Source of the DNA: a virus
Direction: 5' to 3' (one strand)
Virus record (IMG/VR): IMGVR_UViG_3300022407_006250
Coordinates: 1-64,000 of that record
DNA length: 64,000 nt
The notes under the pieces were generated by a model, which made no database searches, was not told where the DNA came from, and saw only the letters and a list, made by a program, of their open reading frames with translations. The position numbers were made by a program, and so were the translations under genes. Below are positions 30,453 to 40,822 of this stretch, piece after piece. Positions within the stretch are counted from its first letter, which is position 1; every line of letters starts with the position of its first letter.

Positions 30453-31079
30453 ATGTTCAAAATAAAGTATGGTCTACTTCCCGGACACTGGGGTTTGAAG
30501 GGTAAAACAAGAGACATTGCACAGGCCGAGTATGAATTAACAGGTGCTGCATTAGAGAAGCGTCTACTTGATATCAAAAAAGATGAACTAACAGACGAAG
30601 AATATAATAGAAAACTTTGGGACATTGAACTAAAGTACAAAGAGATTGATGAAAATACATATCATACCAGACTAATTGGGTTGATCAAAGACGACAAGCA
30701 ACGCGCAATTGCTACGCTTGAACTTGATTTTCGTAATGGTGGCATGACTAAACTCGAGTATGAAAAAGCAACTGCCACTGTGAACGGGGAACCTTGGGTA
30801 ACAGTTCTTAATATGGATTTTAATAAGAAGACATCGCTCGAAGGTAGCTTTGAACTTGATTGGAATGATCTTTTTGTTGATAAACTACGATCAGAAGGCT
30901 ACTCGGCCACATCACCAGACCTTATTGTCAACCAGTGGTTCATGGAAGTCTGCAGAAACATTGCACTAGAGGAATTCGACGGAACGGGAAATTTCACTGC
31001 TGACTCGGAAGCCAATCTGGAATCCTTTAAGCGTTGGAATTCGGAATCTGTCCCTGCAGGCAAGAAAGCCTACGGCTGA
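30453..31079 (+). CDS. hypothetical phage protein
   Basis: 208 aa; EPWV...FELDWN..F...L. Confidence 0.7.
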   Translation: MFKIKYGLLPGHWGLKGKTRDIAQAEYELTGAALEKRLLDIKKDELTDEEYNRKLWDIELKYKEIDENTYHTRLIGLIKDDKQRAIATLELDFRNGGMTKLEYEKATATVNGEPWVTVLNMDFNKKTSLEGSFELDWNDLFVDKLRSEGYSATSPDLIVNQWFMEVCRNIALEEFDGTGNFTADSEANLESFKRWNSESVPAGKKAYG

Positions 31080-31170
31080 AATCCTGCTTAAACATATATC
31101 TTAAGATCAATCGTTCTAAGTTGCCAAGCTTACACTAAGATTAAAAAATGTAAAGTCTTCGGCAATTTAG

Positions 31171-31199
31171 TTGACATTTCCAGTCCGAACATATATAAT
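31171..31199 (+). promoter_or_regulatory. sigma70-type promoter
   Basis: TTGACA-17 nt-TATAAT; ATG 6 nt downstream. Confidence 0.85.
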
Positions 31200-31205
31200 T
31201 GTTAT

Positions 31206-32243
31206 ATGAACACTTATATCCTTACAGACTCTCATAATCTCTTTCATCGCCAAATTAACATGACCAACCCTGCCCTGGGTATAGACAGCATGATTGGCAT
31301 GGCATTGCATTTAATTCTTAACAGCATGAAAAAAGAATACAACAAGTGGAACGGCACTCATGTTGTATTTTTTATGGAGGGACGTAGCTGGCGTAAGGAT
31401 GTATATCCAGAATACAAAGCAAATCGCAAGGTAGCCTTTACGCAACAAACAGAAAAAGAACAAGAAGATCATAAGATTCTAATGGAATCCTTTAATGACT
31501 TTGCAGAATATCTAGATAAGAAAACAAATGTTACTGTAATTAGAAATCCAAAGGCCGAAGCGGATGACATGATTGCTGTGTGGATTGACGCACATCCAGA
31601 CGATCAGCACATTCTTATTAGTTCCGATTCAGACTTCTTTCAATTGCTTAGTTACAAGAATGTCACGCTTTATGATCCTGTTAAAGATATCCTTATCAAG
31701 CAGGACGGCATCTTCGACAGCGACGGAAACCGACTGGCATTTGAAATTAATTCAACTGCAAAGATTAAAGTGGGGAAGGCTGATCCCGACTTTGCTTGCG
31801 AAGAAAACTGGTTTGAATATGCACTTTTTCTCAAATGCATTCGTGGAGATGGTACTGATAATATTTTTAGTGCCTACCCGGGTGTACGAGAAAAAGGCAC
31901 AAAGAAAACAATTGGCATTAGGGAAGCATACGAAGACAGGAATGGTAAAGGTTATTCCTGGAATAATTTTATGTTGCAAAAGTGGGTAGATCATGACGAA
32001 CAAGAACAACGTGTAAAAGATCGTTATGAATTTAATAGAGGACTCATTGATCTAAAACAAATTCCCGATGATGTAAAGATGTCTTGCCTAAACATCATCG
32101 CTGAAGAAACAGAAAAAGAAAATGTGCCCGCAGTAGAAATTGGCCATTCATTTCTTAAATTTTGCAGTAAGTGGGATTTGAAAAAAATTGGAGATAACTC
32201 AACTGCATTTATGCCCATGCTCAAGGCTAAATATAAAATCTAA
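31206..32243 (+). CDS. rnh: T4 RNase H-like 5'-3' flap exonuclease
   Basis: D..NL, SWRK..YPEYKANR, EADD.I, SSDSDF.QL, GD..DNI. Confidence 0.85.
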   Translation: MNTYILTDSHNLFHRQINMTNPALGIDSMIGMALHLILNSMKKEYNKWNGTHVVFFMEGRSWRKDVYPEYKANRKVAFTQQTEKEQEDHKILMESFNDFAEYLDKKTNVTVIRNPKAEADDMIAVWIDAHPDDQHILISSDSDFFQLLSYKNVTLYDPVKDILIKQDGIFDSDGNRLAFEINSTAKIKVGKADPDFACEENWFEYALFLKCIRGDGTDNIFSAYPGVREKGTKKTIGIREAYEDRNGKGYSWNNFMLQKWVDHDEQEQRVKDRYEFNRGLIDLKQIPDDVKMSCLNIIAEETEKENVPAVEIGHSFLKFCSKWDLKKIGDNSTAFMPMLKAKYKI

Positions 32244-32275
32244 GTTATTAACACTACAGTAAATAAGGAACATAA

Positions 32276-32773
32276 ATGTCAGTCAAACTAAAAACAATTA
32301 CCGAAACAAGCTGGCTTGTTATTGGTGACACGGAAGATATGCGTATTGGCTTACTAACAGAAGCTAGAGATAGGTATGTGTTAATGGTTAAAGGCGAAAA
32401 GAAACAATTTTTAAATAGAAAAGAAGTTAACGGATACTTTAAAGAAGATATTTTTAGGAATACTAGTAATATAGAGGAACCCAAGGACATCAAGAAGGAT
32501 TACTATGTCAGCGGTTATCCAGTGGATTTTGATAATCCACACGAAGTCATATTGAAAGGGAATACATTACCTTTATTCAGCAAAAAATCAACAAGTGATG
32601 TTTATTACAGTGCTGGATATTATTGCTTGCATTTTCCAAAGAACTGGATGCCTGCATACTGCCCCAAATTATCAACTTTAGAAAATTACAAATATGCTGG
32701 CCCATTTAAATCAGAAGTAGAAATGCGTGCCCATCTAGTTAAGTTACGCAAAGAAAAGAATTCAAAGAAATAG
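32276..32773 (+). CDS. hypothetical phage protein
   Basis: YYSAGYY...W....CPK..TL..Y.Y.GPFK. Confidence 0.7.
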   Translation: MSVKLKTITETSWLVIGDTEDMRIGLLTEARDRYVLMVKGEKKQFLNRKEVNGYFKEDIFRNTSNIEEPKDIKKDYYVSGYPVDFDNPHEVILKGNTLPLFSKKSTSDVYYSAGYYCLHFPKNWMPAYCPKLSTLENYKYAGPFKSEVEMRAHLVKLRKEKNSKK

Positions 32774-32774
32774 T

Positions 32775-32975
32775 ATGGAAATTAATAAACTTCGGCAGAG
32801 ACTTAAAAACGCAGGTAGAAATGCTACAGAATATAGAATGACTGTGGTTGAGGCTAGAGCACTATTAAAAGAGTTTGAAGAACTTGAACAAAAATTAGCA
32901 GAAAAACCAATTACTGTAAATGTTATCAGTGCTGCCAAGCCTCAAAGTCAAATCTTTGATGGCGGCACTTTTTAA
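32775..32975 (+). CDS. hypothetical protein
   Basis: 66 aa ending DGGTF. Confidence 0.6.
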   Translation: MEINKLRQRLKNAGRNATEYRMTVVEARALLKEFEELEQKLAEKPITVNVISAAKPQSQIFDGGTF

Positions 32976-33160
32976 TCGGATAATTCGTCTCGATGTGCGT
33001 TTAAATAAGATGTTGCAAGTTCCTTGCTCATTCCTGTTTTAATAGTCTCTCCGCGTGAATTAAGTACTTCATAAGTAACAGATGTACTACCATCGGGATT
33101 TTCTTTTTTTACTTGTCTAATTCGTGGAGCATCTTCATTTAAAATTTCTCGTATATTCAT
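32972..33160 (-). CDS. small late protein (MNIREIL N-terminus)
   Basis: minus-strand AAGGA RBS and GATAAATA at ~33213-33220. Confidence 0.65.
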   Translation of the reverse strand: MNIREILNEDAPRIRQVKKENPDGSTSVTYEVLNSRGETIKTGMSKELATSYLNAHRDELSD

Positions 33161-33233
33161 AATATTCCTTTTTGAAATCCTGTAGCAAGTTGGTTTTTAG
33201 ATAAATATAGTATATTTATCGGAGGCTCAACAA

Positions 33234-33530
33234 ATGGCAAGACCAAAACCTACCATTGTGCTAGAAAATGTTAATCCTAAAACTTACAAGGCTGAGCAAG
33301 TGCTTGATGCTATAGCTATTTATGCTGTATTCTATCAAGGTAAACCTATCAATCTCCGTACACTAAGTCACCTCATTTCCTATCCCGGCCCAAAATACAA
33401 GAAGGTGAGTTTTTCTAATTCTGGACATGCTTTTAATTTAGCTGATAGATTGAATAAACTTTTTAAGACAGCCGACTTTGCAGTATTTAAACTTACAACC
33501 GGTGTACCTTGTGTTGAGGGCGAAGAATAA
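33234..33530 (+). CDS. conserved hypothetical phage protein
   Basis: MARPKP...YPGPKYKKVSFSN.GHA.NLA..LN; GGAGG RBS. Confidence 0.75.
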   Translation: MARPKPTIVLENVNPKTYKAEQVLDAIAIYAVFYQGKPINLRTLSHLISYPGPKYKKVSFSNSGHAFNLADRLNKLFKTADFAVFKLTTGVPCVEGEE

Positions 33531-33539
33531 CTAAGTCAG

Positions 33540-33902
33540 TTATAAAACAAAACACTCTGGGTTAAGCGTTGAGAACTTACGCATTATTTGGCCGGCAACT
33601 GCATTAGCAGCATTTTCAGTATCACTTCCGTCTGACCCATCTAATTCTTGCCCGGCCAACTGTTGCTTCCAGTGTACCAGTTCGTGAGCCAAGGTTCTCA
33701 TGACATCAACTGGGTGTCTATCTCGAGTTATTACTTTGATGGACCTGCCATTAAATTCTCCAAATGTTTTTTTATTACCGGACTGAATAAAAGGTTCGTC
33801 TAATAAGATTATAGGTGGTAGCTCAGATAATTCTAATTCATCCTGACATAACTTGAGAAAGTTATCTGTTATATTTTCAAGGACTGCTTCTCTAAGTCTC
33901 AT
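33540..33902 (-). CDS. zincin-like metallopeptidase domain protein
   Basis: RTLAHELVHWKQ (HExxH) with downstream E..AN; minus-strand GATAAATA upstream. Confidence 0.7.
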   Translation of the reverse strand: MRLREAVLENITDNFLKLCQDELELSELPPIILLDEPFIQSGNKKTFGEFNGRSIKVITRDRHPVDVMRTLAHELVHWKQQLAGQELDGSDGSDTENAANAVAGQIMRKFSTLNPECFVL

Positions 33903-33989
33903 TGTATTCTCTTTTAAAATGTTGTGGTACACTATTTATCAATTTTCTACTTGCAAGTTTATCATTTGTGCTCTATACTAAATAACAGC

Positions 33990-34337
33990 ATGAGCCCACT
34001 TAAGAAAACAATCTTTGCGGAAATTAGGAAAATTGATAAAGAACTCAATTTGCTTAATGATGATTCCTTAAACAAGATTGTATTCTATCACCCAAATAAC
34101 CTAAGACTTTCTCCGGAAGGGTATGGTGTGGTCAGGCGTATATTTACACCATACAGTTTTGAAATACCCATAACAATAAAAACCAAACATCAATTGGGAA
34201 TGTCTAGATTACAATTCCCTTACTACTTTACCAAAAGACGTTTGGTGCTATTTTCCGAAGTAGATGCCATGGTAGTTAAACTGCAAGGCGGCATTGAACA
34301 ATTTTTAGAAAGTTGTCTTTCCTTTTCGCAAGTATAA
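33990..34337 (+). CDS. hypothetical phage protein
   Basis: LRL...G...PYY....L.LF pattern; TTGCAA-17-TATACT promoter upstream. Confidence 0.65.
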   Translation: MSPLKKTIFAEIRKIDKELNLLNDDSLNKIVFYHPNNLRLSPEGYGVVRRIFTPYSFEIPITIKTKHQLGMSRLQFPYYFTKRRLVLFSEVDAMVVKLQGGIEQFLESCLSFSQV

Positions 34338-34383
34338 TTTTTGTTAAACTTGACTTTTACTCAACATTGCTTTATACTAACAC

Positions 34384-35397
34384 ATGATTAAACGTATCGG
34401 ATTTGCTTGTAAATGGCTCAATGATTCTAGCGAAGTTGGCGGCATGAAAGTCAACGCTGCAGATCGAGATATCAACGGACGTAGCACCACTATGCGATGG
34501 TTGCGTGAACATCCTGCCGAAGCAGAGCAGCGGCAGTGGGATATCATGAATCACAACACAGCGGCTGCTTTACGCATGATTGAGCGGGTGGCCACACTAC
34601 CGCCTGAGCGACGTATGGTACGCCTGGGCAGCGAAATGCTGCAAGGTTACACCGAAAAAGATTGGGTCGATTGGTGGCAGCGTGCTGAAATTCAGTCGCA
34701 TTGTGAAAGAATTTTTGCCACTATTGGTGAAACAGCACGTAGATTAGATGTACGCTTGAGTTTTCATCCTGGACAGTTTTGTGTATTGGCCAGCGAAAAT
34801 CCCGGAATTGTTGATCGTAGTATTGAGGAGTTTGAATATCATGCAGACATGGTACGGTGGATGGGATATGGTAAGACCTTCCAAGATTTTAAAATCAATG
34901 TCCACATTTCCGGTAAAAAAGGTCCAGCCGGTATCCAGGCTGCTCTTCGACGACTCTCCCCCGAAGCCCGTAATTGTATTGCAATTGAAAATGACGAAAT
35001 GTCCTGGGGCATCGACTCCAGCCTTGAACTTGCCAACGACTGTGCACTCACCCTTGACATACACCATAACTGGATTCGTACAGGTGAATACATTCAGGCC
35101 ACAGATGATAGATGTAAGCGTATAATTGACAGCTGGCGTGGTGTACGCCCCACCTTGCATTATTCGGTAAGTAGGGAAGATTGTCTTGTTGATCATGACG
35201 TAAATACTTTGCCCAATCTAGATCAGCTGTTGGCACAGGGTTATAAAAAGCAAAAGCTTCGTGCTCATAGCGATTTCTTTTGGAATCGTGCAGCAAATGA
35301 ATGGGCACTGACTTTTAATGACAACTTTGATATCATGTGCGAAGCAAAGGGTAAAAATATGGCCAGTGCTACACTCTATGAGCAATCCAAACTTTGA
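34384..35397 (+). CDS. uvsE: UV damage endonuclease
   Basis: RIGFACK, RLSFHPGQF.VLAS, INVHISG, IENDE, LDIHH, HYS, AHSD, DIMCEAK.KN. Confidence 0.92.
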   Translation: MIKRIGFACKWLNDSSEVGGMKVNAADRDINGRSTTMRWLREHPAEAEQRQWDIMNHNTAAALRMIERVATLPPERRMVRLGSEMLQGYTEKDWVDWWQRAEIQSHCERIFATIGETARRLDVRLSFHPGQFCVLASENPGIVDRSIEEFEYHADMVRWMGYGKTFQDFKINVHISGKKGPAGIQAALRRLSPEARNCIAIENDEMSWGIDSSLELANDCALTLDIHHNWIRTGEYIQATDDRCKRIIDSWRGVRPTLHYSVSREDCLVDHDVNTLPNLDQLLAQGYKKQKLRAHSDFFWNRAANEWALTFNDNFDIMCEAKGKNMASATLYEQSKL

Positions 35398-35400
35398 GTC

Positions 35401-35847
35401 ATGGAACAAGATAAAGAACTAGATAGACTATTTGAAACTCTGTCTATTGAAAAAGTATTAGTACCTGCACTAACACCCCCACCGGGTGGCTACACTGGCC
35501 GCCAACTCAAATGGATGGGTTACCAATGGAATGCCAACGGCCATGACGTTTGCTATTTCAATGACCAAAATCAAAAACATCGGCTATTTGGTCCTGCATA
35601 TATTAGCACAATCTATGATATTGAAATATGGTATAAAGACGGTCTGTATCATAGACTGGATGGTCCAGCAATTCGCCATAAAAACAATTTCCTATGGTAC
35701 AAAGAGGGCAAACTACATCGTCTAGATGGGCCTGCTGTGGTAGAACTGGGCGGCCCTAAACAATTTTGGATTGATGGCGTAAAGTATCCTCCAAAAGAAT
35801 ATAAAAAAGAAATTGCAAGAAGACATCGCAAAGGCTCAATAAAATAA
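35401..35847 (+). CDS. HRLDGPA-repeat protein
   Basis: three W/Y...G..HR..GPA repeats. Confidence 0.75.
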   Translation: MEQDKELDRLFETLSIEKVLVPALTPPPGGYTGRQLKWMGYQWNANGHDVCYFNDQNQKHRLFGPAYISTIYDIEIWYKDGLYHRLDGPAIRHKNNFLWYKEGKLHRLDGPAVVELGGPKQFWIDGVKYPPKEYKKEIARRHRKGSIK

Positions 35848-35912
35848 ACACATTTATCAGTTGACTTATTATAAACTATCGCGTATTATTGCCTAAACCA
35901 AGGAGCCTTATC

Positions 35913-36431
35913 ATGATCACAATTAAAGAATTTTTAGAATGTATTAACTATAGAATTACTGATGGCGAAGAATTTCAATGGAGCTGCTACGGCCCAAATG
36001 CTCGTTATCTCGAGTACTGGAACAACAAGCACGACGATTCCATTACTGTTTTGGCAATTTTTGACACTGTTGATCAAACAGTATACCAGATTGAAGCCTG
36101 GGACGGCGGCAGGGACCGGGAGTATCGCTGGATTGATCCTGATTATAGAGAGGCACATCGGCTTGAGGCTGTCAAGCGAAATATTGATCCCGACGAATCT
36201 TACGATGATAGGAAGTTCATTGAAATTGAAGTTGAGGAAGATATTATCGAAAAAGCAACTGCTGTATTTAGTGGCACAGACTATGACAGTCGAATTACTA
36301 TCAGCATAGAACTAACAGATGAAGAAAAACTGCTGTTAATGGAACAGGCTCACGAACGTGATATCACTGTCAATCAATATGTAGAATATATTCTGCAACA
36401 AGAAATTGACAGGCGCACAGACGTTGCTTAA
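35913..36431 (+). CDS. hypothetical phage protein with C-terminal RHH-like segment
   Basis: AAGGAG RBS; AHERDITVNQYVE. Confidence 0.7.
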   Translation: MITIKEFLECINYRITDGEEFQWSCYGPNARYLEYWNNKHDDSITVLAIFDTVDQTVYQIEAWDGGRDREYRWIDPDYREAHRLEAVKRNIDPDESYDDRKFIEIEVEEDIIEKATAVFSGTDYDSRITISIELTDEEKLLLMEQAHERDITVNQYVEYILQQEIDRRTDVA

Positions 36432-36447
36432 ATAAACCTTAAAATTT

Positions 36448-36487
36448 AATAAGGGGGAGACTTTATAATCTCTCCCTTATTTTTTTT
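36448..36487 (+). terminator. intrinsic terminator
   Basis: aataagggggaga...tctctcccttatt plus T-run. Confidence 0.7.
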
Positions 36488-36518
36488 GATAAATAAAAAC
36501 ATGCTTTAAAGGTCGTAA

Positions 36519-37307
36519 ATGAAAAACTTGCTTATGTGTCGCCCTGATCATTTTGAAGTAATTTATGATATCAATCATTGGATGCATAATCAGGCAGGGC
36601 ATGTGGATGTTGCCAAGGCAAATGGTCAATGGTATAATTTATTTGATGCAGTGAGTCGCCATTGTGTAATACACTTGATTGACGGGGTTAAAAATTTACC
36701 CGATTTGGTGTTTACTGCCAATGCAGGATTTGTTCAAGGCAATAATGTGATACTTTCCAAATTTGCCACTCGTGAGCGACAGCCTGAAGAACAAATTTTT
36801 AGAGAATGGTTTGAACGTAAAGAATTTTCCGTTTATCAACCCACAGCCAATTACGAAGGTGAAGGCGATCATTTGGTAGATAATAAAGGCAGACACTGGA
36901 TGGGCCATGGATTTAGAACCAGCTTAACCGCAGCAGCGGAAATTCAGACGATTCTCAAAACCATCATCAACCCACTTGAGCTGATAGACCCTCGTTGGTA
37001 CCATTTGGATACATGCTTTTGTCCATTACCAAATCACGATGCTGTATTTTGGTATCCCGGTGCATTTGGTCAAGCAAGTCAAAGTAAAATTAGAGCAAGT
37101 TTTTCCAACAGTATTGAAATTTCTCTAAGTGATGCCTTGCTATTCTCATGTAATTGCATCTGCATTGGCAACAACTTGTTCATGCCAACCGGATCAACTG
37201 TGGCTAACAAACTTCAAACGCTAGGCTACTGTGTCACCGAAGTTGAGTTGAGCGAGTTCTTAAAAGCAGGTGGCGCTGCCAAGTGTTTGGTACTTCATAC
37301 TAACTAA
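36519..37307 (+). CDS. amidinotransferase/pentein-family hydrolase (DDAH or arginine dihydrolase-like)
   Basis: LMC.P..F.V.Y.IN.WM, PDLVFTANAG, EGEGD, YHLDTCF, EF.KAGG.AKCL. Confidence 0.85.
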   Translation: MKNLLMCRPDHFEVIYDINHWMHNQAGHVDVAKANGQWYNLFDAVSRHCVIHLIDGVKNLPDLVFTANAGFVQGNNVILSKFATRERQPEEQIFREWFERKEFSVYQPTANYEGEGDHLVDNKGRHWMGHGFRTSLTAAAEIQTILKTIINPLELIDPRWYHLDTCFCPLPNHDAVFWYPGAFGQASQSKIRASFSNSIEISLSDALLFSCNCICIGNNLFMPTGSTVANKLQTLGYCVTEVELSEFLKAGGAAKCLVLHTN

Positions 37308-37409
37308 ATTTTTAATTTCCTTGTAGTCAACTTGAAATAACCAGTTGACAAGAAATCGGTTCTATAACATAATACATGTATAGCAACTTTTAACCCTAAA
37401 GGAAATAAA

Positions 37410-38504
37410 ATGGCAATTGATACACACCGCGTTGAACGTCCACGTGATATTCGAACCCTACTTGAGCGCACTATGAAAGTGGGTCGCCCAGCAATGATCT
37501 GGGGGCCGCCCGGAATTGGTAAGAGCGAACTGATTGCGGAGATCGGTCAAGAGCAGAATCGGCCTGTAATTGATATGCGTTTGCTACTGCTTGATCCCAC
37601 TGACATCAAAGGCATTCCTTACTTTGATCCAGCAACCAAGACCATGAAGTGGGCACAACCAGCAGACTTGCCTACAGATGATTATTTTGCCAATGCTATT
37701 TTGTTCTTGGATGAAATTAACGCAGCACCGCCAAGTGTGCAGGCTGCTGCATATCAGCTGATTCTCAATCGCCGAGTTGGTGAATATCGCTTGCCTAAGG
37801 GTGTATCAATGGTGTGTGCAGGCAACCGCGATAGTGATAAGGGTGTTACTTATCGTATGCCCAGTCCGCTTGCTAATCGACTGATCCACTTTGAAATGGG
37901 TACTAACTTTGAAGACTGGCAAAAGTGGGCAATTGGCAATCGCATCCATGCTGATGTGGTTGGCTTCTTGTCTTACCACAAGCAAAAGCTCTTTAACTTT
38001 GATCCCAAGAGCCCAGACAAGGCATTTGCTACTCCGCGTTCGTGGGTGTTTGTATCTCAGTTGATTACAGACGACTTGTCAGACTCCATGAATACTGCAC
38101 TGGTATGCGGTGCAGTTGGGGAAGGGCTTGCCAGTGAATTTGCACAACACCGTAAGGTTGCAGCACGTATGCCCAAGGCAGATGATGTGTTGTTGGGCAA
38201 GGAGAAGGCACTGAATGTCAAAGACTTGAGTGCCATGTATTCGCTGACTATTTCCATGTGCTACACACTTCAGGAATGGGTTGGTAAGGCCAAGGTCAAA
38301 GAAGAAGGGTTTGGCATGGAAGAGTGGCACGAATGTGTTGACAACTTCTTTACATTCATGATGGACAACTTCCAAACTGAAATGATTGTGCTTGGTGCTA
38401 AGACTGCGCTACGCGATTATGCATTGCCGATCAATCATCGTCAGTTGAAGACGTTCAAGACCTTCCATGACAAGTACGGCAAGTATATTTTGGAAGATCA
38501 TTAA
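37410..38504 (+). CDS. MoxR-like AAA+ ATPase
   Basis: GPPGIGKS, LFLDEIN.A, AGNR, PLANR, TPRSW. Confidence 0.88.
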   Translation: MAIDTHRVERPRDIRTLLERTMKVGRPAMIWGPPGIGKSELIAEIGQEQNRPVIDMRLLLLDPTDIKGIPYFDPATKTMKWAQPADLPTDDYFANAILFLDEINAAPPSVQAAAYQLILNRRVGEYRLPKGVSMVCAGNRDSDKGVTYRMPSPLANRLIHFEMGTNFEDWQKWAIGNRIHADVVGFLSYHKQKLFNFDPKSPDKAFATPRSWVFVSQLITDDLSDSMNTALVCGAVGEGLASEFAQHRKVAARMPKADDVLLGKEKALNVKDLSAMYSLTISMCYTLQEWVGKAKVKEEGFGMEEWHECVDNFFTFMMDNFQTEMIVLGAKTALRDYALPINHRQLKTFKTFHDKYGKYILEDH

Positions 38505-38516
38505 TATAGGAGCCGT

Positions 38517-38759
38517 ATGTCCCGCTATACGTTAAAAAGCTTCTGTGATGACAAGCAAATGGAACGCTTTGATCACAGAAGTAAATCAAAACTATTGGGA
38601 CTTCTTGATCAACCCAAGCACCATGAAGAAAGTGTTGTTGGTGCATGGGGAGATGTTGAAGTAAGGGCAAATAGATTTGAAATCTTTGATTCTCAAATGA
38701 CCAAAGTGTTTAATGGCTCTATCACAGACGCTATGATATTTGCAAGGAAATTAAAATGA
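38517..38759 (+). CDS. hypothetical protein
   Basis: AGGAG RBS. Confidence 0.6.
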   Translation: MSRYTLKSFCDDKQMERFDHRSKSKLLGLLDQPKHHEESVVGAWGDVEVRANRFEIFDSQMTKVFNGSITDAMIFARKLK

Positions 38760-38929
38760 TCGAATATAAAATTGTCAGCGGTGGTAACAAAGATATTGTC
38801 GCAATTGAAGTTAACGGTCTGTTAAGTGAAAATTGGAAGTTATATGGATCTTTGTGTATTGCGCCCTCGGGTCAATATGTAAATTATGCTCAGGCACTGA
38901 TTCGGGAATTTGAGATTCGACCAAATTAA
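38756..38929 (+). CDS. small protein (DUF1737-like), below the ORF-track cutoff
   Basis: MIEYKIV...VN.LL...WKLYG....YAQALIR, 57 aa, ATGA overlap with previous gene. Confidence 0.55.
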   Translation: MIEYKIVSGGNKDIVAIEVNGLLSENWKLYGSLCIAPSGQYVNYAQALIREFEIRPN

Positions 38930-39017
38930 ATTTTATCCTTCGCGCCTTCAAACGTACGGTATCAGCAGAGCAAAATAATCACTTGCTCTACTTATTAACT
39001 TGTTGTATAATAAATAC

Positions 39018-40217
39018 ATGAACAAACAGGAAACAAAGATGAATGATAAAGATGCAGTTCTGGAACAACTGACTAGGGCTCGAATTTCTTTACTACTTCA
39101 ACAACCATTTTGGGGCACACTTGCCACACGTCTTATTCTAAAGGATGCTACAGACGATGCATGGTGTAAAACTGCTGCCACTGATGGTCGATATTTTTAT
39201 TACAATTGTGACTTTATTAAAAAGCTTACCAAGGCCGAAACTATCTTTTTAGTTGCACACGAAGTTGAACATTGTGTTTATGATCATATGAGCCGTCGAG
39301 GCAGCCGCAAGCCCAAAATGTGGAATGCCGCTGCCGACTTTGTTATCAATTGGGAACTATCCGAAAACAATATTGGCAAAATGCCAGATCCAAAGACATC
39401 TGGTGTGCAGGCATGTTTTGATGCAAAGTATGCAGGCATGTTTGCTGAAGAAGTTTATGAAAATCTTCTCAACGACCCAGATGCTGTCTATCCCGAATTT
39501 GATGTACATCTTGAACCCGGCGACGGCAATGGCGAGCCAATGACCGAAGAAGAACGTAGAGCTCTTTCAGACGAGATTCGTGCTGCCATTATGCAAGCTG
39601 CTAAAGCAGCTGGTGCAGGACATATTCCGGGTGGTGTTCAGCGTATGTTGAAGGATCTTATCGAACCGCAAATGGATTGGCGAGAAATTCTAAACATGAA
39701 ATTGCAATCCATGATCAAGAATGACTATACATGGTCACGCTGTTCAAAGAAGGCTCAATCAAATGGATATTATCTGCCGGGCACAAAAGAAGATGTACGC
39801 ATTGAAGCTGCTGTTTCTATTGACTGCTCCGGATCCATGTCAGACGAAATGCTGCGAGATTTGTTGAGCGAAGTAAAAGGCATTATGTCGCAATTTACTG
39901 ACTTCAAACTTCGCTTGTGGTGCTTTGATACGGCTGTTTACAATGAAATTGAGCTTACACCCGACACGCTAGATGAAATTGATAATTATGAAATAAAAGG
40001 TGGCGGTGGCACTGATTTTATGTGTAACTGGAATTACATGAAAGAAAATAGCATTGAGCCTGAGCGATTCATCATGATGACCGACGGATATCCGTATGGC
40101 AGCTGGGGTGATGAAAATTACTGCGACACACTGTTCTTAATTCACGGAGACACACATCGTAAACTGGTTGCACCGTTTGGTATGACCGCATGGTATGAGC
40201 CTAGCGATAAAAAATAA
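39018..40217 (+). CDS. metallopeptidase + VWA domain protein (MoxR partner)
   Basis: TAATDG, AHEVEH (HExxH), WN.A.D..IN; MIDAS D.SGS, GGGGTDF, TDG. Confidence 0.85.
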   Translation: MNKQETKMNDKDAVLEQLTRARISLLLQQPFWGTLATRLILKDATDDAWCKTAATDGRYFYYNCDFIKKLTKAETIFLVAHEVEHCVYDHMSRRGSRKPKMWNAAADFVINWELSENNIGKMPDPKTSGVQACFDAKYAGMFAEEVYENLLNDPDAVYPEFDVHLEPGDGNGEPMTEEERRALSDEIRAAIMQAAKAAGAGHIPGGVQRMLKDLIEPQMDWREILNMKLQSMIKNDYTWSRCSKKAQSNGYYLPGTKEDVRIEAAVSIDCSGSMSDEMLRDLLSEVKGIMSQFTDFKLRLWCFDTAVYNEIELTPDTLDEIDNYEIKGGGGTDFMCNWNYMKENSIEPERFIMMTDGYPYGSWGDENYCDTLFLIHGDTHRKLVAPFGMTAWYEPSDKK

Positions 40218-40237
40218 TAATTAAAAAGATACTGTAA

Positions 40238-40822
40238 ATGTCCGATGTACTGGTTCTTAATGCCGACGGAATGCCTCTTTCTCATATCCCTTTATCCGTA
40301 GTAACGTGGCAAACTGCTATACGTTTGGTTTTTTTGGAAAAAGTGCGAGTATTGAAGGAATACAACAACTGGTATATTAGATCACAGCACTTAGAGATAA
40401 AGGTCCCTTCTATTATAATCATGACGGAACAGGTCAAGTGGGGTAAACATTTAAGATATACTAGATCAAATGTTTATCTTAGAGACGACTTTACATGTCA
40501 GTTGCAATTTACGAATCGCTGTCGAGAAAAAGCAGGCAAAGTAAGAACATCAGAGTTAACCCTAGACCATGTAATACCAAAATCACAAGGTGGCAAGACA
40601 ACATGGGCCAATGTGTGTGCATGTTGTAAGGAATGTAATAGTAAAAAGGGTAATGATCATACTGTTGTGCCAAAGAAAACACCGCATAAACCATCTTACT
40701 ATGAAATTTTATCAAAGCGTAAAAATTTACCAATCCATGTTAGAGACGAAGATTGGAAATTTTACTTAGATTGGCCCGAAGATTTAATAAATGTAATTCC
40801 AAAATCAAAGGAAATTGACTAA
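40238..40822 (+). CDS. HNH endonuclease
   Basis: VLVLNAD, R.NVYLRD...CQ, TLDHVIP.S.GG...W.N....C..CN..K. Confidence 0.88.
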   Translation: MSDVLVLNADGMPLSHIPLSVVTWQTAIRLVFLEKVRVLKEYNNWYIRSQHLEIKVPSIIIMTEQVKWGKHLRYTRSNVYLRDDFTCQLQFTNRCREKAGKVRTSELTLDHVIPKSQGGKTTWANVCACCKECNSKKGNDHTVVPKKTPHKPSYYEILSKRKNLPIHVRDEDWKFYLDWPEDLINVIPKSKEID

